Below, piece by piece: positions 13,426-26,573 of a stretch of DNA of 64,000 bases (position 1 is its first letter; every line of letters begins with the position of its first letter). The notes under the pieces were generated by a model. It was given only the letters and a program-made list of their open reading frames with translations. It made no database searches and was not told the origin of the DNA. The DNA comes from Felis catus (lineage: Eukaryota): contig NC_058368.1 of assembly GCF_018350175.1 (NCBI RefSeq), forward strand, positions 224,504,001 through 224,568,000. The letters are read 5' to 3'. A program made the translations under genes and the position numbers.

Positions 13426-14502
13426 TGTGATATAATGTTTTATAATATAAATTTTTCAGATATATTTTGTCTTTATCCATAGTTTCTGAAAATGCTTCAG
13501 AGCCATAAAGGTAAATGGTATCTTGTTATTAATAAAAGTGACTTTTAATTTTTTTTAATGTTTATTTTTGAGAGAGAGAGAGAGAGTGCAAGTGGGAGAG
13601 AGGCAGAGAGAGAGGGAGACACAGAATTCAAAACAAGTTCCAGGCTCTGAGCTGTAAGCACAGAGCCCGACACAGGGCTTGAACCCACAAATCATGAGAT
13701 CATGACCTGAGCCAAATCTGATGTTTGACCAACGGAGTCACCCAGGCACCCCAGTGAAAGTGACTTTTAAACCCCACCTGAGGTCAAGGGCTGGTGGGGT
13801 GGAGGACCAAACAGGTCATTAAAAGGTTGGAAAATTCAGTCCTACTCCCTAACCTCCGAGGGGAGAGGAGCTGGAGGTTGAATCAACCAATGGCCAACCG
13901 TTTAGCCAATCATGACTATGTAATGAAATCTCCATAAAAACCCCACAGGACAGTTTCCTGGTGCTTTTGAGAAAGCTTCCTTGCTTGGGAAACCAGAGTG
14001 CTCCCACATACTACCAAGTCAGGATCAAGCCTCCATGAGAAGAGAGGCTCCTTTGTTTGAGACATTGCCCTATGTATCTCTATTCATCTGGCTGTCGATT
14101 CACAGCCTTCATCATATCCTTTAATAAACTAGCAAGCATAAATTTTTCCCTGATCTCTGTGAGCTGCTCTAATAAATTAATCAAACCCAAGGAGGAGGTT
14201 GTTGTAACCTCCAATCTGTAGCCGCTCGTTCAGAAGCACAGGGAATAATAATCTGGGGCTTGTCACTGAAGTCTGAAATGGTGGGTTGGGAGTCAATCTT
14301 GTAGGACTGAACCCTTAACCTGTGGAACTGATGTCACCCTCAGGCAGATAACATCAGAATTGACTTGAATTATTCGACACCCTGCTGGTGTGTCCAAGAA
14401 TTGCTTGCTGTTGTGGGGGCAGGGGGGGGAGGAGGAGGGGGAGGGGAGCGGTGGAACCCACCTCCTGGCCACATGGGAATTGGGTGCAAGAACTCTACAA
14501 GA
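13426..14502 (+). mobile_element. MER21-like ERVL solo LTR, near full length, interrupted by a SINE
   Basis: Starts tgtgatat. Contains ccaatggccaa...caatcatgactatgtaatgaaatctccataaaaaccc and aataaa at ~14124. 5-bp TSD aatac at 13421-13425 and 14503-14507. Confidence 0.85.
13549..13752 (-). mobile_element. Can-SINE nested in the LTR
   Basis: Reverse SINE. 14-bp TSD aaagtgacttttaa at 13535-13548 and 13757-13770. Confidence 0.95.
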
Positions 14503-14991
14503 AATACTATGACTGATGTTAACAAAAGATATGATTAGGTAAGGTTAATATGCAAAGTATCTCATTTTCCCTAAATTTATAGTCATGAATATCAGCAAAC
14601 AGGTGTTGCTATTGATGTTTATATGAATGCTATCATAGAGATTACTGAACATTTTATAGATGCTGTTTATTTGCAAACAAGTACCTTATGCGTGTTGGCT
14701 CTAGCATTTGGTTTTTTAATTGTATTAAATTATGAATCCATAAATAAGTATAACAAGAAATATACTGTCTTAATTGATATCTGTAGGAAGACAATACTAT
14801 TTTAATAAGAAAAACACTTTTTGATCAAAATAAACAGACTTCCCCAAACATTGTATAAGTGGGAAACAAAGAAATTAATGAAAATTGGGTATCTCCCAAA
14901 AGTGGGCTTTAAAGAACAGAGTTTCAGGGCACTGAATCAGAGAGAAGAGGAATTTAGAGATAGCGTGTTTTCATAGAGATAGAGGGGAACT

Positions 14992-15110
14992 GGGGAGCCT
15001 GGGGGCTCAGAGAGTTGAGCGTCTGACTCTTGAGATTTCAGCTCAGGTCATGATCTCATGGTTTTGTGAGTGCAAGCCTCACATCGGGCTCTGTGCTAAC
15101 TCTGCTTAGG

Positions 15111-15173
<63 letters not shown>

Positions 15174-15242
15174 GCCCCTCCCCAGCTCACGCTCTGTCTC
15201 TCTCAAAATAAATAAACTTAAAAAAGAGAGAGAGAGAGAGAA
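14992..15242 (+). mobile_element. Can-SINE with long (CT)n
   Basis: ggggagcctgggggctcag head, caggtcatgatctc, aaataaataaac tail. TSD agaggggaa. Confidence 0.92.
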
Positions 15243-17496
15243 AGAGGGGAAGTGATCAAGGTCACTGTATAGGAAATGAAAACCATCCCAGCCCCCATGA
15301 GAAATCTCCTGTTTATTTCTCGACAGCAGGTTTATTTCTCGATAGCAATTCCGGTTTTGAATGGTGTTCTTTGCTAAACTGTGCAGAACTACCACGGAGT
15401 AAACACAAACTTGCAATAAAACCTGTTACACACAACAGCTGTGTGGTAGTAATATGCTTTTTTTAGGTGCTTGGTAAAGAGGTGGTGGTTTTACCAAGGG
15501 AATAGGACAGCAGCTGGAGCAGCAGACAAGAATTAGCTTCCGCAAGACAGTAGACAAACAAGCCGTGGGAGGGATTTTGATGGAAGCAGATGGAGGCAAA
15601 TCCTCTTCCAAGAGTTTCCGGTTTGGTTGAAAAATCGACAGCTCGAAACAGACGGGCACAGAGTGGTAAGAGGATAGAGAATGTGTCCATTGGACTTCCC
15701 AGGTTTTTTGAGTTCCTAGAAATTGTGATGTAGTTACAGAAGTAAGGATGCCACAAGTGACTCGTGGGTTAAAAGCTTGTGAAAAATGCAGCATAGGCCA
15801 CCTTCAGTTATATAGACCTTCACGGGACAAATAACGTCGCCTGATCCAGCATGTGAATTTCATTAAGGAGGGTGTTCACACCCACCTCCGTTATTTATGG
15901 AAATTTACAGCTTCCATACCCTTATTTTCTCATTCATACTTCTTTCTCGTACTTTCTTGAAGGAGAAAAAGCTGATTCTTATAATAATTTATCATGAAGT
16001 CACTAAGAACTAGGCACTGTTAGTCATGCCATATTCATTATCTTTTTTCAATTTGAGGTGTATATCTACACACATTTCACTTATTGACTCTGAAATCCTG
16101 ACATTCATATCTTCCTGCTAAATTTCTTTTTCCTCCTATGTTTTTCAATATAATCTCGGAACACTTAGAATAAATTGTAAAGAGAACTATAATATATGCA
16201 TAACATAACATACAGGCAGTTCGTATGCAATAATGCTTCTATAGCTATTAAAAGAAACAGGTTTGGTACCAGATAACTCTATTTCATTAGATTTAGGGAT
16301 ATGGATTCAAAACACATGCTGCCTACAGTATTAGGCAATTATAACTTCAAATTTTTGTTCTCTCCTTTCCATGCAATTCCTCTAAAGCACAGACGTTCTT
16401 AAGTAGTTCAGACAAAGACTACATTGGAATTCCTGCCAGCACAAGCCCAGTGCACATATGTTTAACTACATTCCCCTTTCAACATTGGCTTAATATGTTT
16501 TAGCTGCCTTATAAATCACTTCCAGGAATTTATGTCAAATATAAATAACTCTACTTCCCACATAAGGATTACTGTCTTTAAACAAGTGTACTTTATCCAT
16601 ATAGCAAGGTCAAAAACAAATATGGAAAACAATCTATCAAAGTTATAATAAAAGTTTAAGTTACCAAATGTGGAAATTCTATGAAAAAATATATTAGTGC
16701 ATATTTGCTGGAGGCCTGGGATTAAAGAACGCTTCCATTTTAGGCCCACATCTTATTAAATAAGTATACTTGAGCCCATTTAACAATAAAATTTGTGACC
16801 TCCTTTGCAAGAGGTAAAATCCAATTTCCTTTTCAGTCAACGAAGTGTTATACCAAATGTCTTTCTTCCCACTCTGTTGCTCTCCTTTATGACTTGGAGT
16901 TCATAAAGCAATTCCCTAGCCTGAGAAGAAAATAAACAAGCAAATGGCAGCACTTAAGGAGCCCTAGGCATAACACCTAGAATAATCTGCACTATAACAT
17001 TCATCAAGCAATAGTAAGTTACAAAACATTTGAGAAATTTGTTTCTGGAGGGAGTTGAGAAAGCTCATTTGAATCCACTTTGTCTCGTAAAGGAAACATT
17101 GTGTTCATAAAACCACAGGAACATTAGGAAAACAGCTGTTTCCTCTCAAAATAGAGGAGCCACATCAGGTGTAAATTTCACCAAGGGTATAGCTTAATCA
17201 AGTATCCCATATTATGCAAAATACAATATAGTATGTAATTTCCAAATAGAAAAAAAGGCACAGTTTTATTTATATTTTATCGCAATAAAACCTGTTACGT
17301 GCTCACAAAGAAACACGTGCCATTTCTAAGTTACCGACTTTGAAAGTGAAATCTCATTTTATCTAATCTTTTAAAATCTAGAATAAAATTTCTTTGTAGC
17401 ACAAGAAATATCTTTAAATGAAATATACTTTCGGAAGTTGTAAACTTGTTATTGTTGATGGTACAATTAATGGGGAGCAAATGAAAAGATGTCAGT

Positions 17497-17735
17497 GGGG
17501 TGCTTGGGTGTCTCAGTCGGTTAAGCAACAAACCCTTGATTTCAGCTCAGGTCATGATCTCATGGTTCAATTCATGAGACTGAGCCCTGTGTAGGGCTCT
17601 GTACTGACAGAGAGCCTGCTTGGGATTTCCTCTCCACCACCACCCCCCCCCCCCCCCCGCCAACCAACCACATGGGTGTGCACTCTCTCTCTCTCTCTCT
17701 CAAAATAAATAAATAAGCATAAAAAATTATAAAAA
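17497..17735 (+). mobile_element. Can-SINE with poly-C tract
   Basis: ggggtgcttgggtgtctcagtcggttaagc head. TSD gaaaagatgt at 17483-17492 and 17736-17745. Confidence 0.93.
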
Positions 17736-18139
17736 GAAAAGATGTTAAAAAAATAGTTGACTATAAATATGCCCCTCAAAATTACTCTCTCAGAAATGTA
17801 GGTGGATATTTCTGTTGTCCATTTATAAGAAGTTCAAGAATAATCATAACAAAAGTTGCTTATTTTGCTATATAGATCCAATATTTAAAGATTAAAGCTA
17901 TAAACCAACTGTAAATATTAAAGAATATACAGCATTCAATATTAAAATTGATTTAATGTGCCATGGTGACGTGTTACAGTCAGACTTAATTTAGATAGAG
18001 CAATAATATTTCTAAACATACTTTAGAAAACATTTGCCAGCATATAATTGTTTGGGTTAAAAAGAAAAATGAAATGAATAAAACACCAGGTAAAAGGAAC
18101 ATTCAATAGGTATTATGTTGTCGCTAGGAGTTTCTCATT

Positions 18140-18423
18140 CTTTTTCTTTTTTTTTTTAATATAATTTATTGTCAAATTGGCTAACATACAGTGTGTAAAG
18201 GTGCTCTTGGTTTTGGGGGTAGATTCCCATGTTTCATCACTTACATACGATACCCAAAGCTCATCCCAGCAAGTGCCCTCCTCAATGCCCATCACCCATT
18301 TTCCCCTCCCCCCCCCCCATCAACCCTCAGTTTGCTCTCTGTATTTAAGAGTCTCTTATAGTTTGCCTCCCTTTCTGTTTGTAACTTTCTCTTCTCCTTC
18401 CCTTACTCCGTGGTCTTCTGTTA
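18140..18423 (-). mobile_element. Severely 5'-truncated carnivore LINE-1 (3' UTR + polyA)
   Basis: Poly-T then tttattgtcaaattgg...gtgccctcctcaatgcccatcaccca. TSD agtttctcatt at 18129-18139 and 18424-18434. Confidence 0.9.
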
Positions 18424-19224
18424 AGTTTCTCATTTTCAAACAATGCAGCAAAATATATGCTGGACAAATATATTTTTAAAAAGGTCATTTAAAATGCATT
18501 TATTATTTCAGCGACTCTCAAAACTTATTATTACTCCAAAATCATATTCTAAATAAGATAGAGTGATACTGATTTACATTTGCAACAGATTTATGTAGCA
18601 TATAAGCAGGGGATTTACCTAAAATTACTTACTATGATATTTAATATTAAATAAGTAATTTACTATAAGGAAAATATTTCATTTTAGTAATTTATTTTTT
18701 TGTAAATTGTGTGATATTACTCACATTACCTGTGAATATATTTCATGAACAATTTTACCGGGGTTGTCCATGAATAAATTTTGTTGTTGTTGCTTTGTTG
18801 TTTGTTGCTTGTTGTATGATCCTGACTTTATGTATGCATAATTTTGCTTTCGTTTTTTAACATGCTATGCTCTCAGGAGAAAACAAAATGAGAAGGATTA
18901 CTCATCATTCTCTTGCTAAGTTATTAGTAACATTTAGCATTCAAAAATATCTCTTGGGTACACCCTATATGCTGGACATTATATAGGGCTTGACAGATAT
19001 GAAGAATTATTCTTAGTCTAGAAGCTCATAACAATGTAGAGTTGTAAGACTTCTCTGCATCTCCAACATCATAAATCCTTACAGTTCCTAAAAGCAATCC
19101 TGTGTTCTTCAACTACTTGTTGAAGTTGAAGGCACACTATGCATCAGGCATTACGTTATGCAAGAAAAAAGCGATAGAAGAAATAATTTTAAAAAATCAG
19201 GTTTTTTGTTTACTGGTATCTGTC

Positions 19225-19724
19225 ATGGAATGCCAGAAGAACCCAACCTATAGGATGTATGTATCCATATTTAAAGAGATTTTAAGGAAGTGTCTCACAC
19301 ACAGCTCTGGAGGTCACAAGTCCAAACTCTTGGAGCAGACCCTCAGACTGAAATCCCAGACAGGATATGATATAGCTTTGAGTCAGAAATATTGCAGTCT
19401 GGAAAGTCAGGCAGAATTTCTATGCTTCAGTCTTGAGGCAAAACGTTTTCTTGGCCTGTGAAACCTCAGTGTTTGCTCTTAAAAGCATGCAACTATTTGG
19501 ATGAGGCTCACCCACATTATCAAGGGTAATTTCTTTTCCTTAAAAATCAACTGATTGTATGGAGTCCCTGGGTGACTTAGTTGTTTAAGCATCTGATTCT
19601 TGATTTAGGCTCAGGTCATGATCTCACAGTTTGTGGGATTGAGCCCCAAGTCAGCCTCTGAGGTGAGATTGTGGAGCCTGCTTGGGATTCTGTCACCCTC
19701 TCTCTTTGCCCTTCCCCAGCTCAA

Positions 19725-19755
<31 letters not shown>

Positions 19756-19917
19756 AAAATAAATAAATAAACATTTAAAAAGTCAACTGTTTGTTGATGC
19801 TAATCACAAATACAAAATACATCCAATACATTCACATTAACGTCTATACTACTGTTTGACCAAATAGCTGAGAATCATAGCCTAGCCATCACTGAACCCT
19901 AAAATGAACCATCACTG
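19225..19917 (-). mobile_element. MLT2-type ERVL LTR, interrupted by a SINE
   Basis: Reverse of recalled MLT2 consensus: ttggatgaggctcacccacattat, gtttgaccaaata, atagcctagcca, aaccatcac. Confidence 0.85.
19561..19777 (+). mobile_element. Can-SINE nested in MLT2
   Basis: SINE head, CT region and tail. Diverged TSD aaaatcaactgattgt / aaagtcaactgtttgt. Confidence 0.92.
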
Positions 19918-20089
19918 AATCCCAATAAAAGCTATACATTACTTTCCTAGTAGGCAAAAACTAACATAAAAATATTCATTGACACATATATACCTATGTA
20001 CACACATATATTTCATATAACCTAATATATTGTAGATAACATATGTGACTTGATGAAATGTTTAGAGCCAAATCCTCCTTGGAAAAATA

Positions 20090-20136
<47 letters not shown>

Positions 20137-20138
20137 AT
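20090..20138. repeat. (TAAA)n microsatellite
   Basis: Direct reading. Confidence 0.95.
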
Positions 20139-20169
20139 CTATTATGGAAATCTGTATTTAATAAAATAT

Positions 20170-20835
20170 ATGTCTTCTCCCCATACCTTGTCTCTGAACT
20201 TCAAATTTTATGTGTACCTGTGCCCTTGCTATCTCTGCTTGCAAATCTAACAGGCATCTTTTAATCTTGGCGTTCTCAACACCAAATGCCTGATCTTTGC
20301 CTCCAATTCGGCTCCTTGCCATGATCTTTCTTATCCCAGTTTATGGCAACCACCCGGCCCTAGTTGTTCAAGCCATGTCTTAAATGCATTCTTCACTCCT
20401 TTTCTTTAACTTACCTGAGTGATCAGCAAATAACACCACCATTATTTTCTGATTTTAATTCCCACCCTTTGTCTAACTTTACCATAGCCATTTGCTGACC
20501 TCAAAACGCTGGGCAATTTGCCTCCAAGAGTTGGAATTTCCTGGAATGCTTTGCCTCACTTCTAAATGGCTTACTACCTAACATCTTGCATTCTTCGTTC
20601 AAAGATCACCTTGTCCATGAGGATTTTTCTGGCCACCCATTTACATGTAATTCCATTAACCTACTCCTAGGAGTTTCAGTTTTATTTTTCTTTATAGCAC
20701 TTACCACTTTGTGCCATTTAGTATATTTCACTATTTTTTGTTTTATTTCATTGTTTTCCTAGTAGATTCATGAAGACAATGACCATGGGCTTTTCATTGC
20801 TTATGTGTCTGCCTTACCTATAAAAGTGCCCTGTT
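20170..20835 (+). mobile_element. LINE-2 3' remnant
   Basis: tctaacaggcatct, ctagttgttcaagcca, tttctggccacccattt, ttttctttatagcacttaccac. Confidence 0.72.
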
Positions 20836-21816
20836 CAATTGAAGTTTTCTTTAAAATTGATATTGTGACTTTTTCTAACCCTCTTTCATTAATGTCCCTA
20901 TAATTTTGCAATCCATTTTGCAGTCTATAAAAAAAACAACAAATGGGAAATTCGGTAATGTGTGTTACTTGTGAGGTACAATGCGAAGCAGAGAAATAGA
21001 TTCTGAAATGGTAAACCATCATTAGCATTTTTTGTGAATAAGTTAGCTATAAATTGCTATTTTACAATGCTACTTTCACTTTACATGTCAGCTATTGCCT
21101 TTGCTTCTGCATTTAAATTTAGTTATTGAGTTCAATACATACCAAACAATGGAAATTGAAAGTTTCCCAAAGTTTATCTAGTTCTGTAAAAGGCTACAGG
21201 AAAATTGGGGCTATTTACACTTTCTACTGTGAAGAAATCAGTGCACAGTGCTTATTTCTTTGTTGAATTGTAATTAGATGTTCCTTTATTTTTGCACAGA
21301 AATTGAGCAAGTATAAAGTAGAATTTCAAAAACAAGTACAAATCGAAACTAGCTGATCTAGAGGTAATGTATCTACTTGTGAAGTGTTGAAGATTCTGTT
21401 TTTGATGTGACCCAATGCTAAAAATAAAAAACAAAAGCAACAGACATTTTAATTACAGATTAAATCAGTTCTTTCATGGAATTTTTCAATTGCAAAATAC
21501 ACATGGTCATGTGTTTAGGATGCATGTGAATTAATGACTAGAATTAATGACTTTAAAAATTTAAGAGGCAAAAATATAGAAGATATTTGCAATGATTATA
21601 GACTGCTGATATTCTTTCAAATGTAACTGATTCATAATGTCCAAATATTAAAACTCCTAGTATTCCAGGAAAGAAAAAAAAATTTTAGAACTTTTTTAGT
21701 GGTTAGATACTCCGTATACAAATTTCAAACTCACCAGAACATATGGGACACATATAAGACAATTTATCCTCAATATACATTAATAACCTCATCTTTTAAA
21801 AAAAGAAAACACTATT

Positions 21817-22039
21817 GGGGTGCCTGGGTGGCTCAGTTGGTTAAGCATCCGACTTTGTGGCAGGTCATGATCTCACGGTTTATGAGTTCAAGCCCCGCAT
21901 TGGGCTCTGTATTGACAGCTCAGAGCCTGGAGCCTGCTTCAGATTCTGTGTCTTCCTCTGTCTCTGCCCCTCCCTCACTAGCACTCTGTTTCTCTCTCAA
22001 AAAAAATAAAAAATAAAATAAAATAAACATTAAAATAAA
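21817..22039 (+). mobile_element. Can-SINE
   Basis: Full head, body and tail. TSD aaaacactatt at 21806-21816 and 22040-22050. Confidence 0.96.
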
Positions 22040-22879
22040 AAAACACTATTAATGATTTCCAGTAAAGAACTATGAGTAAAATACCTAAGACGTTCTTTTG
22101 GTAGAGACCAGGTAAGCAGCCATTCCAAACATAAAGTAAATGTAGCATCGAATCACTCTCTCCCTCTGATCATCTGCATTGACATCAGCTAATTTCACAA
22201 GATGATTAAGCCAAGATCTCCCTGTTTCTGAGGAAAACTGAAAGCCTACATCCTCTGGCTATCCACTGAGAAGGCAAGGAGTCAAACTTTTATGTGTCTG
22301 TTACATTCAGGCTCCTTTGTCCCCCTCCCACCAGGTCTCAGGTAAAAGGAGAGTGTTGGGAACAGGAGTGGCTGAAGGGAACAGGAGTGGCTGAAGGCCA
22401 CAGGGCAAAGCTGAGGTGACCTATGCAACGGCAGGAAAAAGTAGTCAAAGGTTGAGACCCTTTTAGTTCCCTTCCCTATACCCTTTTCTCCTCAGATTCC
22501 GAGGCAAGGGATTAGCATCTTGCTGTAGCCCAAACTCACACGTATGTTCCACAATTTGGTCTACGTGCTTATAGGGATAAAGTGCTCAAATGTAATGAAT
22601 CGTGATTTGCAATGTGAAGAGAAGTTTAAGTGGTCTTGTTGTGGAGTCTGGAAGCATATTGAAAGTACTTGTGTTGTATGCTACTTTGAACATAATAGGA
22701 TGTGTTAACTGTTGTTGACACATTTGCCCTTCCCATCCATTAAGCAGAAGAGGAAATACTCCCAACTCAAGGACTTCCACATGTAGACAGGTAGAGAGGT
22801 GATCTCTGTTCCCTGCAAGCTGGTCCAGCGAAAGCAACATAGAATCTTGGGAGGAAGGAGGAAGAGGAATCACAACTTT

Positions 22880-24000
22880 GAGGCTATAATTGCTGGGGAA
22901 ACTCAGAGAAGCCATTCCCCAATAGTATAGCACCACCTGCTTGACGAAGTCACCAAGTACGCCACGTAAAAACCAACAAAAAAAGCAGTTATTACCCCGC
23001 TTTATGAAACTGATCCCCTGACTCAAGAAGCCCATTTAGTGACGAGTCAAATCAATTCAGTAACTAACAAAGGAAAGGACTAATAGTCCTTATGGAAGAT
23101 GGAAATTGTACATTCAAGAGCATAGTCAACCTGGATCTAGCGTCATCTCAATTTTACATGAACAAGTGACAGTTTGGTCTTTGGGGAAACTTTACCCCTT
23201 CCTCAGTTTTCTAAAGCAAAACCATTAGCTCCATGAGGTCCTTGATTTGCAGAGATCCTCCTAAATACCTGGTCCCGGTTGACTAATGGAGCGGTTACAA
23301 TAAAGGCTGCTGCTGTCATGTGGGTGGTAGTAATAATCCAGCCTCAAGGAGAACTCTGGAATGCGACTGTGCTAATAGCCAGTCAGCACAATGGGATGAA
23401 TTCAGCCATTTCCTTTGCCTTACAGAAAACTCCTCAAGATCTGGCAGGTAATATTATTAACCTTGGGGTTTGGTCAATTTCACAGACATCTGTGGAAGTC
23501 TATAGACCATCAGTTTTAAATATCCCTCTGCGGGATTATAACCAGGATTATAGACTGAGAAGTCTGGATGGCTCACATAGATGCTCATATGTGGATAGAG
23601 GTGAGACGAACTGGAACCAATGTGGTGATCATGACTGTCCTGCCCATTTTGCTACAATTGCTTGCTGAAGCCATCATCACACTTGACATGGCAACACGCC
23701 CCCTTCCCAGGCTGGTCACAAAGTGAAGGACTCAGTATTTCTGATGCAAGTCTACCACCGTATCCCAGACTTATGACTTCTGCAAAATGTTGGCTCATTT
23801 TTTTGTGTGGTCAGCATGGAGCATTGTCTCCACATGGAGCATTGTCTCCACCTAGTCCCAGCAAATTGACATCGAATCAAGTTTAATGACAAATCCTGGG
23901 TTCTATGTTTGTATAATAGAGCAAATAATCCAGGGACCGCTTCCACTGGGGATGGGTGTTGTTAGTTGGCCTATTTTTCATAATTACTGGCATTGGCCCA
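22880..24000 (+). mobile_element. pol: Decayed class III (ERVL-type) endogenous retrovirus pol remnant: RT connection, RNase H, integrase N-terminus
   Basis: Collinear frameshifted motifs: GRWKLYIQEHSQPGSSVISILHEQV (23094), LTNG...WVVVIIQP (23279), QSAQWDEF (23380), VWMAHIDAH (23562), HHHT*HG (~23672), QQID (~23858). Confidence 0.75.
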
Positions 24001-26180
24001 AAGATCATCAGGTCTCTAAACACTCTTCCTTGGATCATAATGAATATAGATTGACCTCAGACGTGATTGACTAAAGTAAGACCTACTGGTGCCCCTGCAA
24101 CTTATTATAGTGACTGAGACCCTAGGGGCCAGGAAGGGTTGTGTTTGAGATCAATGTTCCTCCTTACAGCCTTGCTGATAGCAACCTTAATTAATTTTGA
24201 AATGAGACCAATTGGTCCCAGCCTCTGTGTGCTTCTCAAATCTGACCAGTGGACACATAATAATTACTCTTCCTCTATTGTTAATATGTAAGTATAAATA
24301 CCTAAATGTGTGTAGATTGTTCCTTATTTAGATGCTTGAAGGGTTCTCTGTCTCAGGTTTTCAACAATTCACATTACTTATTATAGAGCTTTAGAATATT
24401 TCCTCCTGTCTTAACTATTCCTTTCCTCTCCAAATTCAGGTGTCTTAAGTTTTCTTCTATAAAATATATGATTATTTTTCAGTCCCATCTGTCTGGCCTC
24501 ATCTTGTGGAATGTCTTACTGCATTCTGTGAAGTTATAATTACTTATTTTATTATTTCCTTCTTTGTCCTACACTTCACCTAAAGGGAGCAGAACCCTGA
24601 GGTTGAACTAAATTCCACTAACTTTTCTGTAATGTTAATTTGTCTCCAGGTCTTTTGGCCCATATTTAAATTCTACTATTGAATTCTGATTTTCCTAACA
24701 TATAATGTACCCCATGGGATTTTTGAGATGGTTAAATCATTAAAATATATAAAAGATTTTAATGTAGCTATTATAATTTCCATCATTAATAGGCACCTTT
24801 TAATTTCTACTGCATATTAGAAATTCTTCCCATTTGTATATCTTTCACCTCAATAAGTGAATTCATACTTTCAATTTTCTTCTTGGTTTTGAATTACACA
24901 TTCACTTGATTCTTATAATAAGGTAAAGCAAAGGCTTTGAAAGTTCTATTTATCAGTCTTTAACCTATAGTCTTTCCCTGAAATGAGAATCCTGACTTCA
25001 CTTTATTCTGGTATTCTGTATTTTTTTCATGGCCTGAAATCAATGTATTTCTCACTCTAGAATAAAAGGGAAACACCAATTGTGGTATTTATTCATGAAC
25101 AATATTTGTGATGTCATGTTCAATAACCAGAGTACAGATATTTCTCATTTAGGAATTGGATTTGACCCACTCTTTCTGGGAAAACCTCAGTGACCCACTG
25201 AAATTGATCTCTGAAATTGAGATATGTGTTTTTGAACTCTGCATTTGCACTATCCGAGCCTTCCTAAGAGCTGATTATAATTGACTGATTATTATCATCC
25301 TATAATATGAATGATGCCATGGTAGCAGGAATTGTGCTTCTTTTATTCAAAATTCTATCACCCATGCTTTCTCCATTGACTGGAACATTGTGATCCCTCA
25401 GTACATAGTGTGAACATGAGTGGCACTGACTTGAATTAAAAGATACTTGTTTTATGTGGCAGCTGGGAAAGCCTTGGATAAGGGAAATCTGAGAAGAGAA
25501 CTTTTATTTCCATTCATTGTCTAAATTGTTTGTTAAAGATATTTAAATGGGGACCAGGTGTCTCTCAAAAGTTCTATTCAACCTGGCCTTAACTCAGTGA
25601 GTGGCCTTACCTTTCTTTAGTCACCCGCACTTCATGGTTGCACGTAATGAGCTACTCCGAACATTAGGAATTATTACTATTGGTTTTGACTAACTCCATC
25701 CTCTCTGTGTCCATCAAAGTAGCTAGCACAACCCAAATCTTTCAATATCATGCATCTTTCTCAATACTCACCTATATCCAATGCAACTAATTTTAGGAGT
25801 GCATAAATGTCTTGACATTTTCTATTTTACAAAAATTATAATAAGAATATGTAGTTATATTATGTATCTGTTTCCATATCTTGCATTTATCATTTAAAAA
25901 ACATTGCATTTCTAAATTCCTCCCTACATTGTCCTTAAAGTTACAAGGCAATAAGGAGGGACAATATATATTAACAAATTTAATACGGCCTACCCCCACC
26001 GTAAACATTTCTATTCTATCATAGAGATCTTTTGGCCAATGTTAATATCATATCCTCATTATTCTAAATTTAACCTAGTAAAATAAATCTTTCCACCATA
26101 TTTTGTTCTAAAATATTTTTGGCAATTTTCCAGTTAATTTCCAGATGTAATTGAAATCGTTAATTAATTTAAAATTTGAT

Positions 26181-26379
26181 GGGGTGCCTGGATGGCTCAG
26201 TCGGTTAAGCATCCAACTTCGGCTCAGGTCATGATCTCGCAGCTTGTGGGTTTGAGCCCCGCGTCGGGCTCTGTGCTGACAGCTCAGAGCCTGGAGTCTG
26301 CTTTGGAATCTGTGTCTCCTTCTCTCTCTGCCCATCCACCACTTGTGCTCTGTCTCTGTCTATCAAAAATAAATAAACA

Positions 26380-26414
<35 letters not shown>
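26181..26414 (+). mobile_element. Can-SINE with (TAAA)n tail
   Basis: ggggtgcctggatggctcagtcggttaagc...caaaaataaataaacat(aaat)n. Confidence 0.95.
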
Positions 26415-26573
26415 ACTTTGAGATGCTAAGTAGAATAGGTCAAATACATAGATCTAATTTATATACTGATTATTGAATATTTTATGTACATTAAATCTTC
26501 CCTTCCAAAATTGTGGTTTAGATTTTTACTTGTTTAGGTATTCTGTTCAGTTGCAATAAAATTTAATACTTTT

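Noticed and set aside
15468..15665. Possible plus-strand exon (tttttag ... gagtg|gtaaga)
   Set aside because: Stops occur in all three frames and the pyrimidine tract is short. A non-coding exon cannot be excluded but is unsupported.
22586..23035. Longest ORF (149 aa, minus strand)
   Set aside because: It is antisense to the ERV pol remnant and has no recognisable domain.
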